Positions 38,511 to 51,960 of a stretch of 64,000 nucleotides of DNA are shown piece by piece (the first letter of the stretch is position 1; each line of letters opens with the position of its first letter). A program made the translations under genes and the position numbers. The DNA lies in the NCBI RefSeq assembly GCF_035594765.1, contig NW_026943821.1:13051608-13115607 (forward strand), given 5' to 3'. The notes below the pieces were generated by a model, which ran no database searches, was not told the origin of the DNA, and saw only the letters and a program-made list of their open reading frames with translations. The DNA comes from Anolis carolinensis. Its lineage: Eukaryota.

Positions 38511-41229
38511 AGTCTTGGACAAAGGCTGGCTGAGTGAATTTGTGAATTAATCAATGGTTTTAATCTGTACATGATGACACCGATGGCTTAAAAAGCTCTC
38601 AAGGTATCCAAAGATTATTTCCTGGGGTGAAAATATACATATTGGTCTAGCAGGGCTTGCCAGATTCCGGTTGTCACATACCTGGAGGCTGATCAGATGG
38701 GCCAGTGCTTTGTCAATAGGTTCGGCCAGGTAAATAGACAAAAGGAATAATCAGGTGGGGTGATCTTGGCTTTCTGAAGGCTGAAACTGCCCCAGATATG
38801 AATGTGACAAGGAACAAAGTGATCATAATTCTCTCTTTTGAGCGGCCTGCTCCGAGGCTCAAAAGGGGAGATCAATGTCTATTGTCCATGCAAGGGATTT
38901 GGTGATGTCCTTTTGTGAGAAGATTTCCAGTCCCAGGAATGCGGATGACTTTCTGCCAGCCAGGTCAAACAGAGGTGGCTCACAGTATTTTCATACATTG
39001 GGGAACACAGAGGGAAAGGGGGACATATGGGGGTACATAGAATACATTCATAAAGTCAGAAATCATATTGCCCACTCCCACCCACCCAAAGGTCCAGGGT
39101 AAATCCATAAAGTTCATAGAAAAATGTCTCTGATTGAGTCCTTTTTGTGGAGGGATTATTCTCCCCTCTTGGGAATGAGTGTAGCTTCCTGGCAGCCAGG
39201 TCACACAAAGGTGTCTTCTTAATATTTCATAATATAACTCACATATGAGGGACAAAAAAGTAAGGGAAACATGCAAGGATACATGGGACACATTCGGAAA
39301 TCATATCCACCCATCCCACCCCCCAGAAAGTCCAGGATAGACCCCAAGTTTCATAGAAAAGCATAAAACCCCAAGAAGGGAGAAACTATCAGTAAATGTC
39401 CATGAAATATGGCCAGACTGGCCAAAGTCCAGTTGAAAAGGTCAATGGGGCAGTGGTGGTAGCCTGAGGAATGAGGGGACCCTTGGATGACCCCCTCTTC
39501 GTGTCCATCCGGTAGGCCGAACTTCACAGGTCGAGGAACAGTGGCAAGGCAGGAACGCAGCAGGAAAGAAGCTTGATTTGACAATCAGCTGTTGTCTCTT
39601 TAAATCTTGCTGCGGTACTAAAGATGGTTTTTCCAGGAGTGTAGAGATTCCAAATGTAAAAGCCAGATAGCAGTTATGCTTAGGGTTATTTCAGAAAGAA
39701 GCGGTGTGAATTTGGGATCAATCCGTTAATGCATGGTTACAGAAATCCAGGGATGTCAGGATGCAAAAAAGATCAGCATTCTCCAAGCTAACCTTTTTCA
39801 CATCTGACTAGAACAAACCGGATAAGGAAGACCATTTGGTTGGGAAGGCTGATTTATGACCTGCTCTGGTTTTCAAACGTAGGAAAGAACAATTGAAGGG
39901 GAGGTGTGAATGGGGAAGAAGAGACGTGAGCGGGGGAGGGAAGAAACAACTTGATATACCGGGGAAAGAGCGGAAGAGGGGCAGTATAAGCTTTGCGGTC
40001 ATCTTGGCAAAGCGGATTCAATAAAGTTTCTATAGCTCCAAGCTGTGTGAGCCTATGTTTGTGTCCTACACCTTCCACGAACTGACAAGGGATCTCTGTA
40101 ACCACAGTTTAAAGGAAAGCATTCCAGCTGGTTGCCTGCAGCTGCCAGGAACTTGAGAAGGAAGGGTAAGCAATGGCGAAAGGTTTTTTATTAGACAGAA
40201 AAGATAGATTCCCCTGCCAGAGTCAAGGAAGGATACAAAATAACTACTATGAGAAAGGAAGGTTAGAATGAAATGATACTTTTATTTGGGATTAGTTACA
40301 TTGTTAGGGATAGGGAGAGAGGCAAAGAAGAAACATAAGCTGCTGTTGGAACACACTTCATTTATTGATTGGTTCAGCAGGGCTTCTTCATTTGATGGGT
40401 GGAACTCCCTGCTGCAGGTCAGATTAGATTGAATGCAGGAAGTCTGTTTTGCCCGACCTCATGGAGATGATCAGCAAAAGCTGAAGACTCCATCTTATTC
40501 TAAAATGCTTGATAGACAAATCTTTTATTCTTCACCCACGATAGAATCAAAGACCAATATAAGCAGAAAAAATAACTCAGATGAGAGTGTTATGGAAATC
40601 CTACATTCTTTTCTAGTTCTGTTTTTATTCCTCTCTATCCCAGTTGAACTGTATATTGTGTTATTATGGGGAGAGAAAATACAGTTATGTGTGAAATTTG
40701 ACATGGGAAAGTGTGGCAATTGGAGGGGGAAATAGGCTTATGGACAACCATGGCTATGTTGTTGTGATTCGGCAGACTATTTGCACAGAGACAACCGTGA
40801 TCTAATGCCAATAGACTGATTGTGTCCTAAAGGTATGACAATGGAGACCAGAATTCAAATATTTACTCAGTCATGGAAACCCACTGAGAGACTTCAGGCA
40901 AGTCACACTCTTTTAGCCTCAAAGGAAGGCGAAGGCAAACCCTTTCTGAACAATCCCTAATTTGCCAAGAAAACCTCATAATAGATTCGTCTTAGGGTCT
41001 CCATAAATCAAAAGTAACTTGAGGGAAAACAACAACAAAAGGTGAAATAGCTAAAATCAATTAAAAGAGGAAGCAGGCAACCATAAATGTATTTCATATA
41101 TGCGGTGCAAATATATCACTTTTAATATTGCCCATTTATAAGTGCAAATTCAGCAAAATTAAATGACAAATGAGAAACATGAAAAGTGAGTCAGAAGAAA
41201 TTCGGAAAGCACCCAACCTACCTGGCCAG

Positions 41230-42391
41230 CAAATGGAGTCATCCACCAATATAACCATAAATGAAGATAAGCTGTGTCCACATTTAATATGCAAGCAAGG
41301 TTGCATAAGGGAGGAAGGCAGTTGGGAACTGTGTGAGGCTGTCAAAGGGGAATGGCCTTTCTTGCTTATTGGCGGTTCCACTACCTGCCTCTCTGATGCA
41401 ACTTTTCCTGTGCTGTTGGGCCTCTCATTAGTGAGGTGGACAGTGGTGTTATCAAGAAATCTGACTCCACAAAATATGAATTATATGGAGTTACATGAAA
41501 CAGTAAATGAGACCCAGTGTGCTGCTCTGTCTTTTTTAAAAACCTATTCCATAGAATCGCCTTTGGGATGTTGCCCAGTTGCAACCAAGAAAATCTCCAT
41601 AATCCTTTTACAGTGGGTCAGGAGACACAGAAAAAGCAATTCAATGAATGAATGTCAGACTGCCTCCTGGTCTCATTGAGAAAGCTCCTGGTCTCATGGC
41701 TAACTCTCTTGCTGCCATTGACACATCTCCGGATTTCATTGACAAGTTTCCTGCTCTCAAAATCTGAGCACTGAGTGAGATTAGTCCAGATTTTATCAAC
41801 GATAGCTGTCAAAATGAAATAAAAGTGCTCTGTATTCTCCACTGCGATATGTCATCCTTTCTGGCAAGAAAGAATTAAAAAACCTCTGCTTTTGCCTTCT
41901 ACCCATCCATATCCTGACTTGGCCTTCTGGAATAGCTGGGACACGGCAAGCTTCCGATCTTACGAAATAGTTGAAATCACACAACAGCAGAATGGCCAAC
42001 AAGCAAGAGCAAGTCATGCCCCTTGCCAGCCTCATGTGGCTCCCAACTGATCTCATTCAAAAGGCCTTTAAAAACCTCTCTCTTGGTTTCTAAGGTCTTG
42101 TGAATGGAGCCATTGACTCTAACATGCATTCCAATTTTGGCTGTGTAATTTAGCCGAAAAAGATGTGCATTAGATTTGAGTAAATATGATGTTTTTCTGT
42201 CTGTGCATGAAATCATAGCACAATAACTGTACAGTGTGAAAAGACCATTGGTATTGGAGCATTAGGCTCTTTGAATTTATGGGGAACAGCAGCACCTCCA
42301 CAGAAGCAGAAGCAAAGTTAACAATTCTGCCTGTTCTTCCTCTTCTCTCCTTTGGCTTGGCTACAGACTCCAGGACTGGGAAGCTGCTTCC
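41230..42391 (-). pseudogene. Possible highly decayed IRG-like pseudogene
   Basis: Acceptor tattgttcag| near 42391 followed by staggered overlapping ORFs over ~1.2 kb (IRG-exon size). HFYFILTAIVDKIWTNL..FESRKLVNEIRRC resembles IRG KFYFVRTKVDEDLTNM..FNEANVLQNIRDDC. No intact P-loop visible. Confidence 0.35.
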
Positions 42392-43397
42392 TGAACAATA
42401 TAGAAACCACATTATTCATCTATGCCCAATAAAAATTACAAAGGTTGGGAGTAATTGATAGTACAAAATCCTCAGTGTTGCTAATAAGTAACTAAGCTAA
42501 TTTATCTTTCATCCAAGGTGTTATTTAAACAGAAAAGTAACTTCTTCCCAAACATCTTTCTGTGTTGTATTGGGATCACACTGTTATTTCAGCTCCTGGA
42601 AGCAGTTCTAGGCTGTAAACAGTAAGTCATTCCAGCTTTACATCAATCTTTTTTAGTGGCTTGCTTTATTATTGGGACAGCAACTGTGGGGGTGCTTTGT
42701 TTATATGGACATGAAGTTTTCAAAGGACTAATAGAAAAAACATCTTCCAGAATCTTTTATATCGGGATCATTTTTTTAGGGGGGGGGGGGGGGAGTTCAG
42801 CAGACTTAATGCAGCTTCTCTAACCTTAGAGTGTTGGTGTCTCAGCGAGCTGCAAAACCCATGATTCCATAGCTTTGAGACATAGCGGTCAAAGTGCATC
42901 AAACTCCATTGATTTTACCATGTAGATGCACCTGGAGAAAGAGAACTTGTTTTAGCAAAGCAGCTTGTTTTTTACCTGGATTTGTAAAACACAGGTAGCA
43001 TCACAAAAGATATCTATGCATTAGAGTGAGTGTCTGCAATTTCTTTGCAGACTTTTATAGTTTGTTATAGGCTCCACTGCTTTTCGTACTTCTACCTATG
43101 CCATAAATTCCAAGGGGCCAGTTGTGGACTACACAATTTCAGTGCTATGATCCCAATGGTTTGTCTGATGGAATCCTGACATTTGTAATTTGCTGAGGCT
43201 TTGGCATGCTCTGGCTAATAATTTTCAATTGTCCTCTTGAAACTGCCATTCCCAGTATTTTCTAGGATAGAACTATGGATTCACACTAATTCTATCATGT
43301 GAATGAACCATAGGTTCCTTTTTTTAGATAGGATGGCTCATCTTTTTCAAGTACCTCCAAAAATAAAGTTTCAGTGAAGTTATACTTATCTAGGGAC

Positions 43398-44092
43398 TGT
43401 TGCCCTGAAACACCTTTTCACTACAAACCATGCACACTTATAATCCAATAAGTAAAAGTTTATTTAAAGAAGATTATATAAATATAATCAAAGCTAAAAA
43501 AAAGAGAAGCAAAGTTCCAAAAGTTATTTCCAAGATAGCTAAGAGTCCAAAATCCTTTCAGATATAGTCTCAAGAGTCAATCCACAGATATATCCATAAG
43601 CATGATAGCAGGAATCCAAGGCAGGCACTCTATGCCACACATGAACTAGAAACAGCAACAACTTGGAGACTTGCATATATGAATTCCCAAAGCATAGGAC
43701 CAAGAACTGTGAGCTGTCCACCTGAATACAAGTTGTTCTCATGAAGAATTGTACCAGCAGAAACCACTTTAAAGGTCCCCAGTCCCTCCCATTACATCAT
43801 TCCTCACACATCTGCATTTCCTCTCCTTATCTTTAAACCTCTGGGGTAAGCGTTTTGCCTGCGAAGTGAAGTTCCAAGCACCATGATCTGGACAAATATT
43901 CATCTCCCACATTTCTCTCAGCCTACACTTCTGGCCGATTCTCATGAGAACTGATATCGCTTTCTCCAGTCTCGTGGAAACTGCCAAGAGATTCCAAAAC
44001 AACTCTCTCCAGGCTACTTCTATCCTCCTCTGAGCCCACTGAATCTATTCTAGCATCCCATTGCTCATCTTCTGAACACTCAGAATCTGACA
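43398..44092 (-). mobile_element. Old solo-LTR-like element
   Basis: TGT...ACA ends with internal TTTAAA and AATAAA on minus; no clean TSD. Confidence 0.45.
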
Positions 44093-47000
44093 CAAATAGC
44101 CAAACATGTATTTCTTTTTATCCTTTGGACTTACCTATTTCACTAGAAAACATTAGGCCTGTCAGATTGGTGGAAAAAATATTTCATTACTCCTTACAAA
44201 ATTAGGCGGTAATGGTGAATCGTTTCTAAAATATTATAAATGTCAGTTTTCTTAATGAGTTAATTAATTATTCTTTCCTATTTTGTTAAGTAATTGCGCG
44301 GGAGGGGGGAAAGACTTCCAGGCTCCTTTCTCACTCATTTTTAGAGCTTTTGGGATAAAAATTGCTACAATGGTAGAATATATTTACCACTATCCCCCCC
44401 ATCTCCCTCCCCCCATGTTTCAGAATGTTCCACTCATCTACTGAATTTTGGGAATATTTTAGATATTTACAAAACCCTTTTTTAAAGCAAAGTATAAGAA
44501 CTATGTCCTTGAATTTCTCTACAATTACATAATATAACCAGGGCATCATTATCACCAAGTTTCAGAAAGATTAGCACATCTCCTGATTTTTTGGGGAATG
44601 TTTAATGTTTTTGTCAAAAAATAAATCTTTTTAGTTGCTATGGCTGGCTGGAGTGGGATGGGGTGAGGTTAGGTGGGGTTGGGTGGGATGGAGGACACAT
44701 TTGGAGGGTAAGACACATTTTACATTGCACGCACGCCCATCAAGTTTCAGAACGTTTGGGCCATCCACAGATTTTTAGGAAATTCTTCATGTTTCTAGAA
44801 ATAAAATCTCCTTTAAAAGAAACCCAAAGATATCCCCATAGAACCCCTGTAAAAGTGGAAAAATAAATACATGTGCCTGACTGAAATAACTTGTTGTGTG
44901 GTGATTGTTGGCTGCCAATGCACACAAATAGGTCAGCAGTGCACTCAGCAGGCCAGTAGCCCTCAACAATACAGCAAAAAGATAAAACAGTCATAAAGCA
45001 AAAGGCCTTGACATGCATCATTTTTGCATGTCAAGAATACTCTGCTGGCAGGCCCCTCAAGTAAGTTTGGAAAGGGAAATGGGGGACTGTGAGGTTAGGA
45101 GGCAGGTACCATCCCACTCCTTCGGGCTCTAGAGTCCGAAGAATCAGGATCACTGTGGGGATTCACCTCTGGGACTGCAGAAGCAGTCCTGGGAGTCAAT
45201 CCCCACAGGGCTCTCATCTAGAAAGATCCAAACCTTAGTTTAAGGTCCAGGTCTTTCCAGGTGTTTTATTAATCTGGATCAAACTCAGAAATCCTAGTTG
45301 TCTCTGGATTAATTCTGTTTTACTTGAAGCATCATTTGGACAGCTCAGATAAAACCAAGACAGGTCCTGCATTTTAGGCCTGTCTGGAAGGGCCTATGGT
45401 GGAGGCTCCTTATTTGGGGGCTTTTAAGCAAAGGCTGGATAGCCATCTATCGGGGGTGCTTTGAATGCAATTTTCCTGCTTCTTAGCAGGGGGTTGGACT
45501 GGAAGGCCCACGAGATCTCTTCCAACTCTTTAATTCTATGATTCTAGACTCTATCAGTTCTGAAATGTTGAGGTGTCTGACCCAATGCCTTGATGAGCTG
45601 TGACTGCAACAGATAGACACACAAATATGCAGAGTGGTGATGATGATGATGGTCATGGTGACAGGAAAAACTATTGGTGGCATATGTGGTCATAATATGG
45701 TTAAACCTATGCATGTTTGAAGATTAGATAGATCAATAGGTAATTACATACAGTCCCCAAGTTACAAACATCTGACTTACAAATAACTCCTAGTAATGAA
45801 TGGGAGTGAGACAACAGGGAATGAGAGAAATCTATCCCTAAAGGGAAATTCCCTTCTGAAAGAGTTATCATGGGGAAAAGATGTCTTAGCTGAAGCTTTA
45901 TCCCCAATCCTTGTTTCCACAACAAGCCAAAATCCAATTATCACAGTGACAGAAAGTGAGATGAAATCTTCTCAACAGGGGTACAGATAGCAAAACAAAC
46001 ACCACAGGCATGCTAACCCTTCCCTATGCTATCCAAAGCTAAAATGTATGTATTTTTTAGTGGTGTCACACTTTTAAATGTACCTGTTCTGGCTAACATA
46101 CAAATTCAACTTAAGAACAAACCTTCTTGTTCATAACTTGGGACTGCCTGTACTACTTTTGAAACAAGAGAAAGTGCTCTCATTGCTTATTATCAAGCTG
46201 TAGTTTCCTTTCCACAAGAGGTCCACTTAACTCCCTCACTGTTCCTTTTTTTCAGTTGGGCTAAGGGCACTTCCAGACAGTGCCAAAATCCATGTTTTAT
46301 AACTGTCAAAAAAACTTGGGACCTGACAGCAGGTCCACACAGAAATTTGTCAGTCCTGCGATATGATCCTCTGCTGTTCTCACGACCTTCCCCTGTTGTG
46401 AATCAATATGAAGGGCGGATGGGGGACATCGTGTAGAAGTTTTTTAAAAATAAAAATATCACTCTGCTTTGCGTTGGACCGTATATGCACACACATGTCA
46501 AAATATAAACACAAGCAAATTTGCATTTGCACTTTTGAGGTCCAGCACATAATGAGGGAATTTAAAAAAAACAAAACTTCCGTTGGATTTCTCTTTTCCG
46601 CCAATCCTTAATTCATCCACTTATAAAAACCAGATGAGGAAATCAACTGGGTAGGTCATTTGCATTTATCCAACAGTATTCATTCCTACATAAAAGAAAA
46701 AATACTAAAGTAACTAAAAATTTAAAATATAAAAAGTATTCTGTGTCCGCTTCCATCTTAAAACAAAAGTACAGTAGAGTCTCACTTATCCAAGCTAAAC
46801 GGGCCAGCAGAAGCTTGGATAAGCGAATATCTTGGATAATAAGGAGGGATTAAGGAAAAGCCTATTAAACATCAAATTAGGTTATGATTTCACAAATGAA
46901 GCACCAAAACATCATGTGATACAACAAATTTGACAGAAAAAGTAGTTCAATACGCAGTAATGTTATGTTGTAATTACTGTATTATGAATTTAGCACCAAA

Positions 47001-47292
47001 ATATCATGATATATTTAAAACATTGACTAAAAAAATGGCTTGGATTATCCAGAAGCTTGGATAAGCGAGGCTTGGATAAGTGAGACTCTACTGTATAATA
47101 AAAAAAAATTAAGTCAGCATTCTAGTTATCTGTCTCTTTTTCTTTGGTACTTAGCTCCTAGGCTTCTGGCCACAATGGCAAAAATAGCAACCTACATATT
47201 AATAAAAAATATCACTGACTTCTAGGTTTGTTCTTGAGTTGGATTTGTAAGCAAGTCAGAACATGTATATTTTTTTTTCCTTGTAACTTTAC

Positions 47293-47294
<2 letters not shown>

Positions 47295-47351
<57 letters not shown>

Positions 47352-47368
47352 GTATCTATCTATCTATC
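47295..47368. repeat. (TATC)n microsatellite; other SSRs: (TAT/ATA)n at 11383-11442, 16612-16662, 18227-18281, 26999-27060, 52648-52727, 59906-59951 and (GA)n at 16955-16981
   Basis: Directly visible. Confidence 0.95.
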
Positions 47369-47923
47369 TGGAAGGGTTAACACCCCTGTGGCATGTCTTT
47401 TGCTGTCTGTGACCCGTTTAGAAGAGTTCAGTTCACTTTCTTTCCCCGTTGTAATTGGATTTTGAAAAAAATGGCATGTTGTGGAAACAAGGACTGGTGC
47501 TAAAGCTTTTGTTGAGACACCTTTTCCCCATGAGAACTCTTTCAGAAGTGAATTTCCCTTCTGAGTGGTAGATGTCTCTCACTTCTTGTTGTCTTACCTC
47601 AGTTCTTAACTATGATTTGTTTGTAAGTCAGACCTTTGTAACTCGGGGACTGCCTGTATAGCATTCTAAAGAACAGAAGATATAGGCAAGGAATTGATAT
47701 CTTGGGAAATTATACAATAAGCATCTTAATAAATATTGCATGGGATCATTAACTTCGTCAGACTTACCTGTGTTTGGCCACTTTGACAAATATCTTGTGT
47801 TCTGTTGGCATGAATGTGGCCTAAGTAAATCTGCTTTGCCACACAGAAACCCCTTGTTTAAAGGGAGGGAAATATACTATTTTTTTCTCTTTCAGATAAA
47901 TTGAACTTTCAAGAAACACAGCC

Positions 47924-49120
47924 ATGGGTATTGCATTAACAAAATCGTTAGTTAAAGAAGAGCTTCAACGATTCAAGGCTGCCAAGGAAGAAGGGAACAT
48001 TGAAGATGTTAAAGCCAAAATAATGAAGGATATGGAATTATTAAATAACACCACACTTCATATTGCCATTACGGGAGATTCGGGATCTGGTAAATCATCA
48101 CTTGTCAATGCCCTGCGAGAAATGACAGATGAAGAAAAGGACTCAGCACCGACTGGAGAAATCGAAATGACAAAGGATAAACAGTCATATAAGCATCCCA
48201 AGTTTCCTCAAGTTACACTTTGGGACCTGCCTGGAATTGGAACACCTAATTTTAAAGCAGATGAATATCTGAAGCAGGTAAATTTTCGCCAGTATGATTT
48301 TTTCATCATTGCTTCAGGAGAACGATTCACTGAAAATGATGTCAAGCTGGCTTGCGAAATTAAGGAAATGAAGAAGAAGTTCTATTATGTGCGCACAAAA
48401 ATGGATGTAAGCATTAGTAATAACAAAAAGAGGAAAAACTTCAGTGAGGAAAAAACCCTCCAGGAAATCAGGAATTATTGCATCCAAAGATTGAGGGGCA
48501 CAGGAGAACATTCACCAAGGGTTTTCCTAATATCAAGATGGCATTTGAACAACTATGAGTTTCCACTCCTTGTAAAAGCATTGGAGGAGGACCTGGATGC
48601 TCTCAAGAGACATGTTTTAATCATGGCTCTTCCAACTTTTTCAAAAGAAGTCATCAAAAAGAAAGAGAATGCTATGTCAGATCTTATATGGAAACTGTCC
48701 CTTCTGTCTTGTACTGTTGGGGCCATTCCTATCCCAGGCCTCTCTCTTGCTTGTGACATTGGTATCTTGGTGTCAACAATGAGAAAAATATTCAATTGCT
48801 TTGGGCTGGATGCAGAATCCCTTCGTAGGCTTGGAGAACGTGTTGGAAAACCTGTAGATGAATTGAAGTCTGCTAGGAAGAAATTCCAAGGAGTTGATAC
48901 GCTCACCAAAGAATTTGTAATTGACTACTTGCAGAAGTCAGTGGCATGGATAACAGTATCTACAGTGGAGTTGGTTCTAGATTTTGTACCTGTCGTGGGC
49001 TCGGTGGTCGGTGGAGGAGCTTCTTTTGTAACCACGTACTACATGCTGAAGAATTTCCTGAGTGATGCTGTGGAAGATGCACAGAATGTTCTGGCAAAAG
49101 TTTGTGAAAAAAAAGAATGA
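47924..49120 (+). CDS. IRG gene 4 (398 aa, canonical IRGC/IIGP5-like GKS IRG)
   Basis: Acceptor ttttttctctttcag| at 47895, Kozak gccATGG, MGIALT myristoylation-type start, GDSGSGKSS, LWDLPGIGTP, YDFFII, RTKMD, AIPIPGLSLACD, FGLDAESL; AATAAA at 49375. Confidence 0.95.
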   Translation: MGIALTKSLVKEELQRFKAAKEEGNIEDVKAKIMKDMELLNNTTLHIAITGDSGSGKSSLVNALREMTDEEKDSAPTGEIEMTKDKQSYKHPKFPQVTLWDLPGIGTPNFKADEYLKQVNFRQYDFFIIASGERFTENDVKLACEIKEMKKKFYYVRTKMDVSISNNKKRKNFSEEKTLQEIRNYCIQRLRGTGEHSPRVFLISRWHLNNYEFPLLVKALEEDLDALKRHVLIMALPTFSKEVIKKKENAMSDLIWKLSLLSCTVGAIPIPGLSLACDIGILVSTMRKIFNCFGLDAESLRRLGERVGKPVDELKSARKKFQGVDTLTKEFVIDYLQKSVAWITVSTVELVLDFVPVVGSVVGGGASFVTTYYMLKNFLSDAVEDAQNVLAKVCEKKE

Positions 49121-51309
49121 AGAAACCAAGGTTATGGAAACCCATTTGGTGTCCTCTGGCAAGTCACACTATTTCAACCTCAAAGGAAACTATAGCAAAC
49201 TTTTTCTGAACAAATCTTCCCAAGAAAATCTCATAATATGATTGCCTAAAGATTTCCATGAAGGCACACAACAAGAACCACCTATATTCCATATTGATCT
49301 TATTCACATCCACTGGCTCTTTCCATAATTCACTCAGAGAAAATGCTTTCCCCTTGCAATTTAAGAATAATACTAATAAAATATCATCCTTTCTTCACAA
49401 CTGCTGCTCAGCTTTAATTCTTCCCATTGTCTCTACACCACAAAGTTTATAGGTGCTATGAAAATGTTTTGAACCATGTTACCCTGGTTCTGGGGCTACT
49501 CCCACTTCTCCCTAGAGGTCTGAGGATCACATATCCCCCCCCCCCCCAATTACAATTTTATGGTCAACTTCCAAGAGATGTTGACCCCAGAGTCTTGTTA
49601 GAGGACCAAAAGACTCCTAGAGACATACTATATTTATTAGAGTATAATGCAACACCAAATGTAACCAAAAGATGCATATTACAAAAAATGGTTTGGCCCC
49701 CAAATGTAATGTGCACAACAGCATTGGCAGCCAGCATGAATAACCATTTGGGAAGCCATCAAGACGTGGCTGGCGAATTTGCATGATTCCCAACTGGCCG
49801 CATTCATGAGGCCTTCAAAACCGAGGTGGAGATTTTGAAGACCTTGTGAATGAGGTCAGTTGAGAACTGCATGGGACTAAGCCTCCGGTGGCCTAGGGGA
49901 TAACAGCCTCATGACTTGAAGGTTGGGTTGCTGACCTGAAGTCTGCCAGGTTCGAATCCCACCCGGGGAGAGTGCGGATGAGCTCCCTCTATCAGCTCCA
50001 GCTCCATGCGGAGACATGAGAGAAGCCTCCCACAAGGATGGTAAAACATCAAAACATCCCAGCGTCCCCTGAGCAACGTCCTTGCAGACGGCCAATTCTC
50101 TCACTCCAGAAGCAAATCCTGACATGGGGAAAAAAAAAGCCTGGTGGCAGGGCGGGGGCAGAAAAAGAGACCACAAGGGCCATCCAGGAGGCAGGATCAG
50201 AAACTGAGTGCAAAGAATGACTGGTTCATCAGATGGACAATCCTTGTCCTTTTCCAGGCGCTATGGAGTCTTGTGGCTGCTGCAACCAACAGAAACAGCC
50301 TCTTCATGTCAAACCCCCCCTGCCCCCCGCACACCTTCCTGGACACCTTTTGGGGTTCCTGGTTTCTCCAGGCCTTTTCACACAGGTGGGTTTATTTGTG
50401 TGATTCTAATGTACCACTGAATCCAACACACACCTCAATTTTGGCAATGTAATTTAGCCAAAAAAGGTGAACATTAAATCTGAGCATTTTTTCACTATCA
50501 GGGGGTTCTGTGCCCCAAATCCCAGTTGATATGGAAGGCTGACTGTAATTTTTAGCCCCTGGTTTGTTATATATTTTTATTTGTCCTCATTGTTGTTTGT
50601 CTTTATTATTTTCATAGTTTTATCCTTTGTGTATTTATGACTTCTTACATAGGAATTCCTACCTCTTCATCCACAGAACTGCATGCCAGAAAATACTGGA
50701 GGTAAATTATTTAACATAATTCCTGTTGAGTTCAATTTTTCAGTTCTCAGTGATTCCCTGGTGGGCGCTGCAGCAATCCAGGGGAGCAGTGATGGCCACA
50801 GGTACATACAGTAGAGACTCACTTATCCAACATAAACGGGCCGGCAGAATGTTGGATAAGCGAATATGTTGGATAATAAGGAGGCATTAAGGAAATGCCT
50901 ATTAAACATCAAATTATGATTTTACAAATGAAGCACCAAAACATCATGTTAGACAACAAATTTGGCAGAAAAAGTAGTTCAATACGCAGTAATGCTATGT
51001 AGTAATTACTGTATTTATGAATTTAGCACCAAAATATCATGATATATTGAAAACATTGACTACAAAAATGCGTTGGATAATCCAGAACGTTGGATAAGCG
51101 AGTGTTGGATAAATGAGACTCTACTGTATATCTTTCTGTTTAATTGCTATTAAAATTTTAAAAAATAATAATTTCCAGGGTGCTGAGTAATATATTTTCT
51201 GGAAAGGGGGCAATAGGCCAAATAGTTTGGGAACCACTGTTTTAGACTAACATAGGCATGCTGATTTCAAAACTGCAGTTAGTTTTCTTCTATCGAGTCA
51301 AGTTTATCT

Positions 51310-51960
51310 ATTTATTTATTTATTTATTTATTTAAAACATTTATATTCCGCCCTTCTCACCCTGAAGGGGACTCAGGGCAGAGTACTACAACAGATATAC
51401 GGCAAGCATTCCATGCCGGGACATAAAATAATTATAAATACACACAGACATTAAAAGCATTAAATATTAAAAACATTAAAATCAGTTATATCTACTTTAA
51501 AATCAGCTGTTTAAACCAATTCAAGGCACCATGCTGGCTCCGGTCAGAGGAATAGGTTTCCTCTTATTGCCTCATCACACTGCCCCAAAGGCTTGGTCCC
51601 ACAGCTTTCTAAAGGACAGGAGGGAGGGGGCTGATCTAATCTCACCAGGGAGGGAGTTCCATAGCCGAGGGGCAATCACTGAGAAGGCCGTGCCAAACGT
51701 GTCTGTGGTGGTGGTGGACCGAGAGCAAGGCCTCTCCGGAAGATCTTAATCTCCGTGGTGGTTCACAGGGAAATGCGTTTGGACAGGTATACTATGCTGG
51801 GGCCATTTAGGGCTTTATTCGCCAAAGCCAGCACTTTGAATTGTGCTCGGTAGCTAACTAGCAGCCAATGGAACCGGCGCAACATGGGAGTTGTGTGGTC
51901 CCTGTACGCTGCCCCAGTTGGACTATTTGAAGATTCCGAACAGTCTTCAAAGGCTACATC
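51310..51960 (-). mobile_element. L2-type LINE 3' fragment
   Basis: (TAAA)n tail with CTGAGTCCCCTTC.GGGTGAGAAGGGCGG 3' stem-loop; decayed ORF2 end. Confidence 0.6.

Noticed and set aside
38530-39680. Decayed retroelement coding remnant (L1 ORF1- or DIRS-like)
   Set aside because: Similarity too faint to classify by eye.
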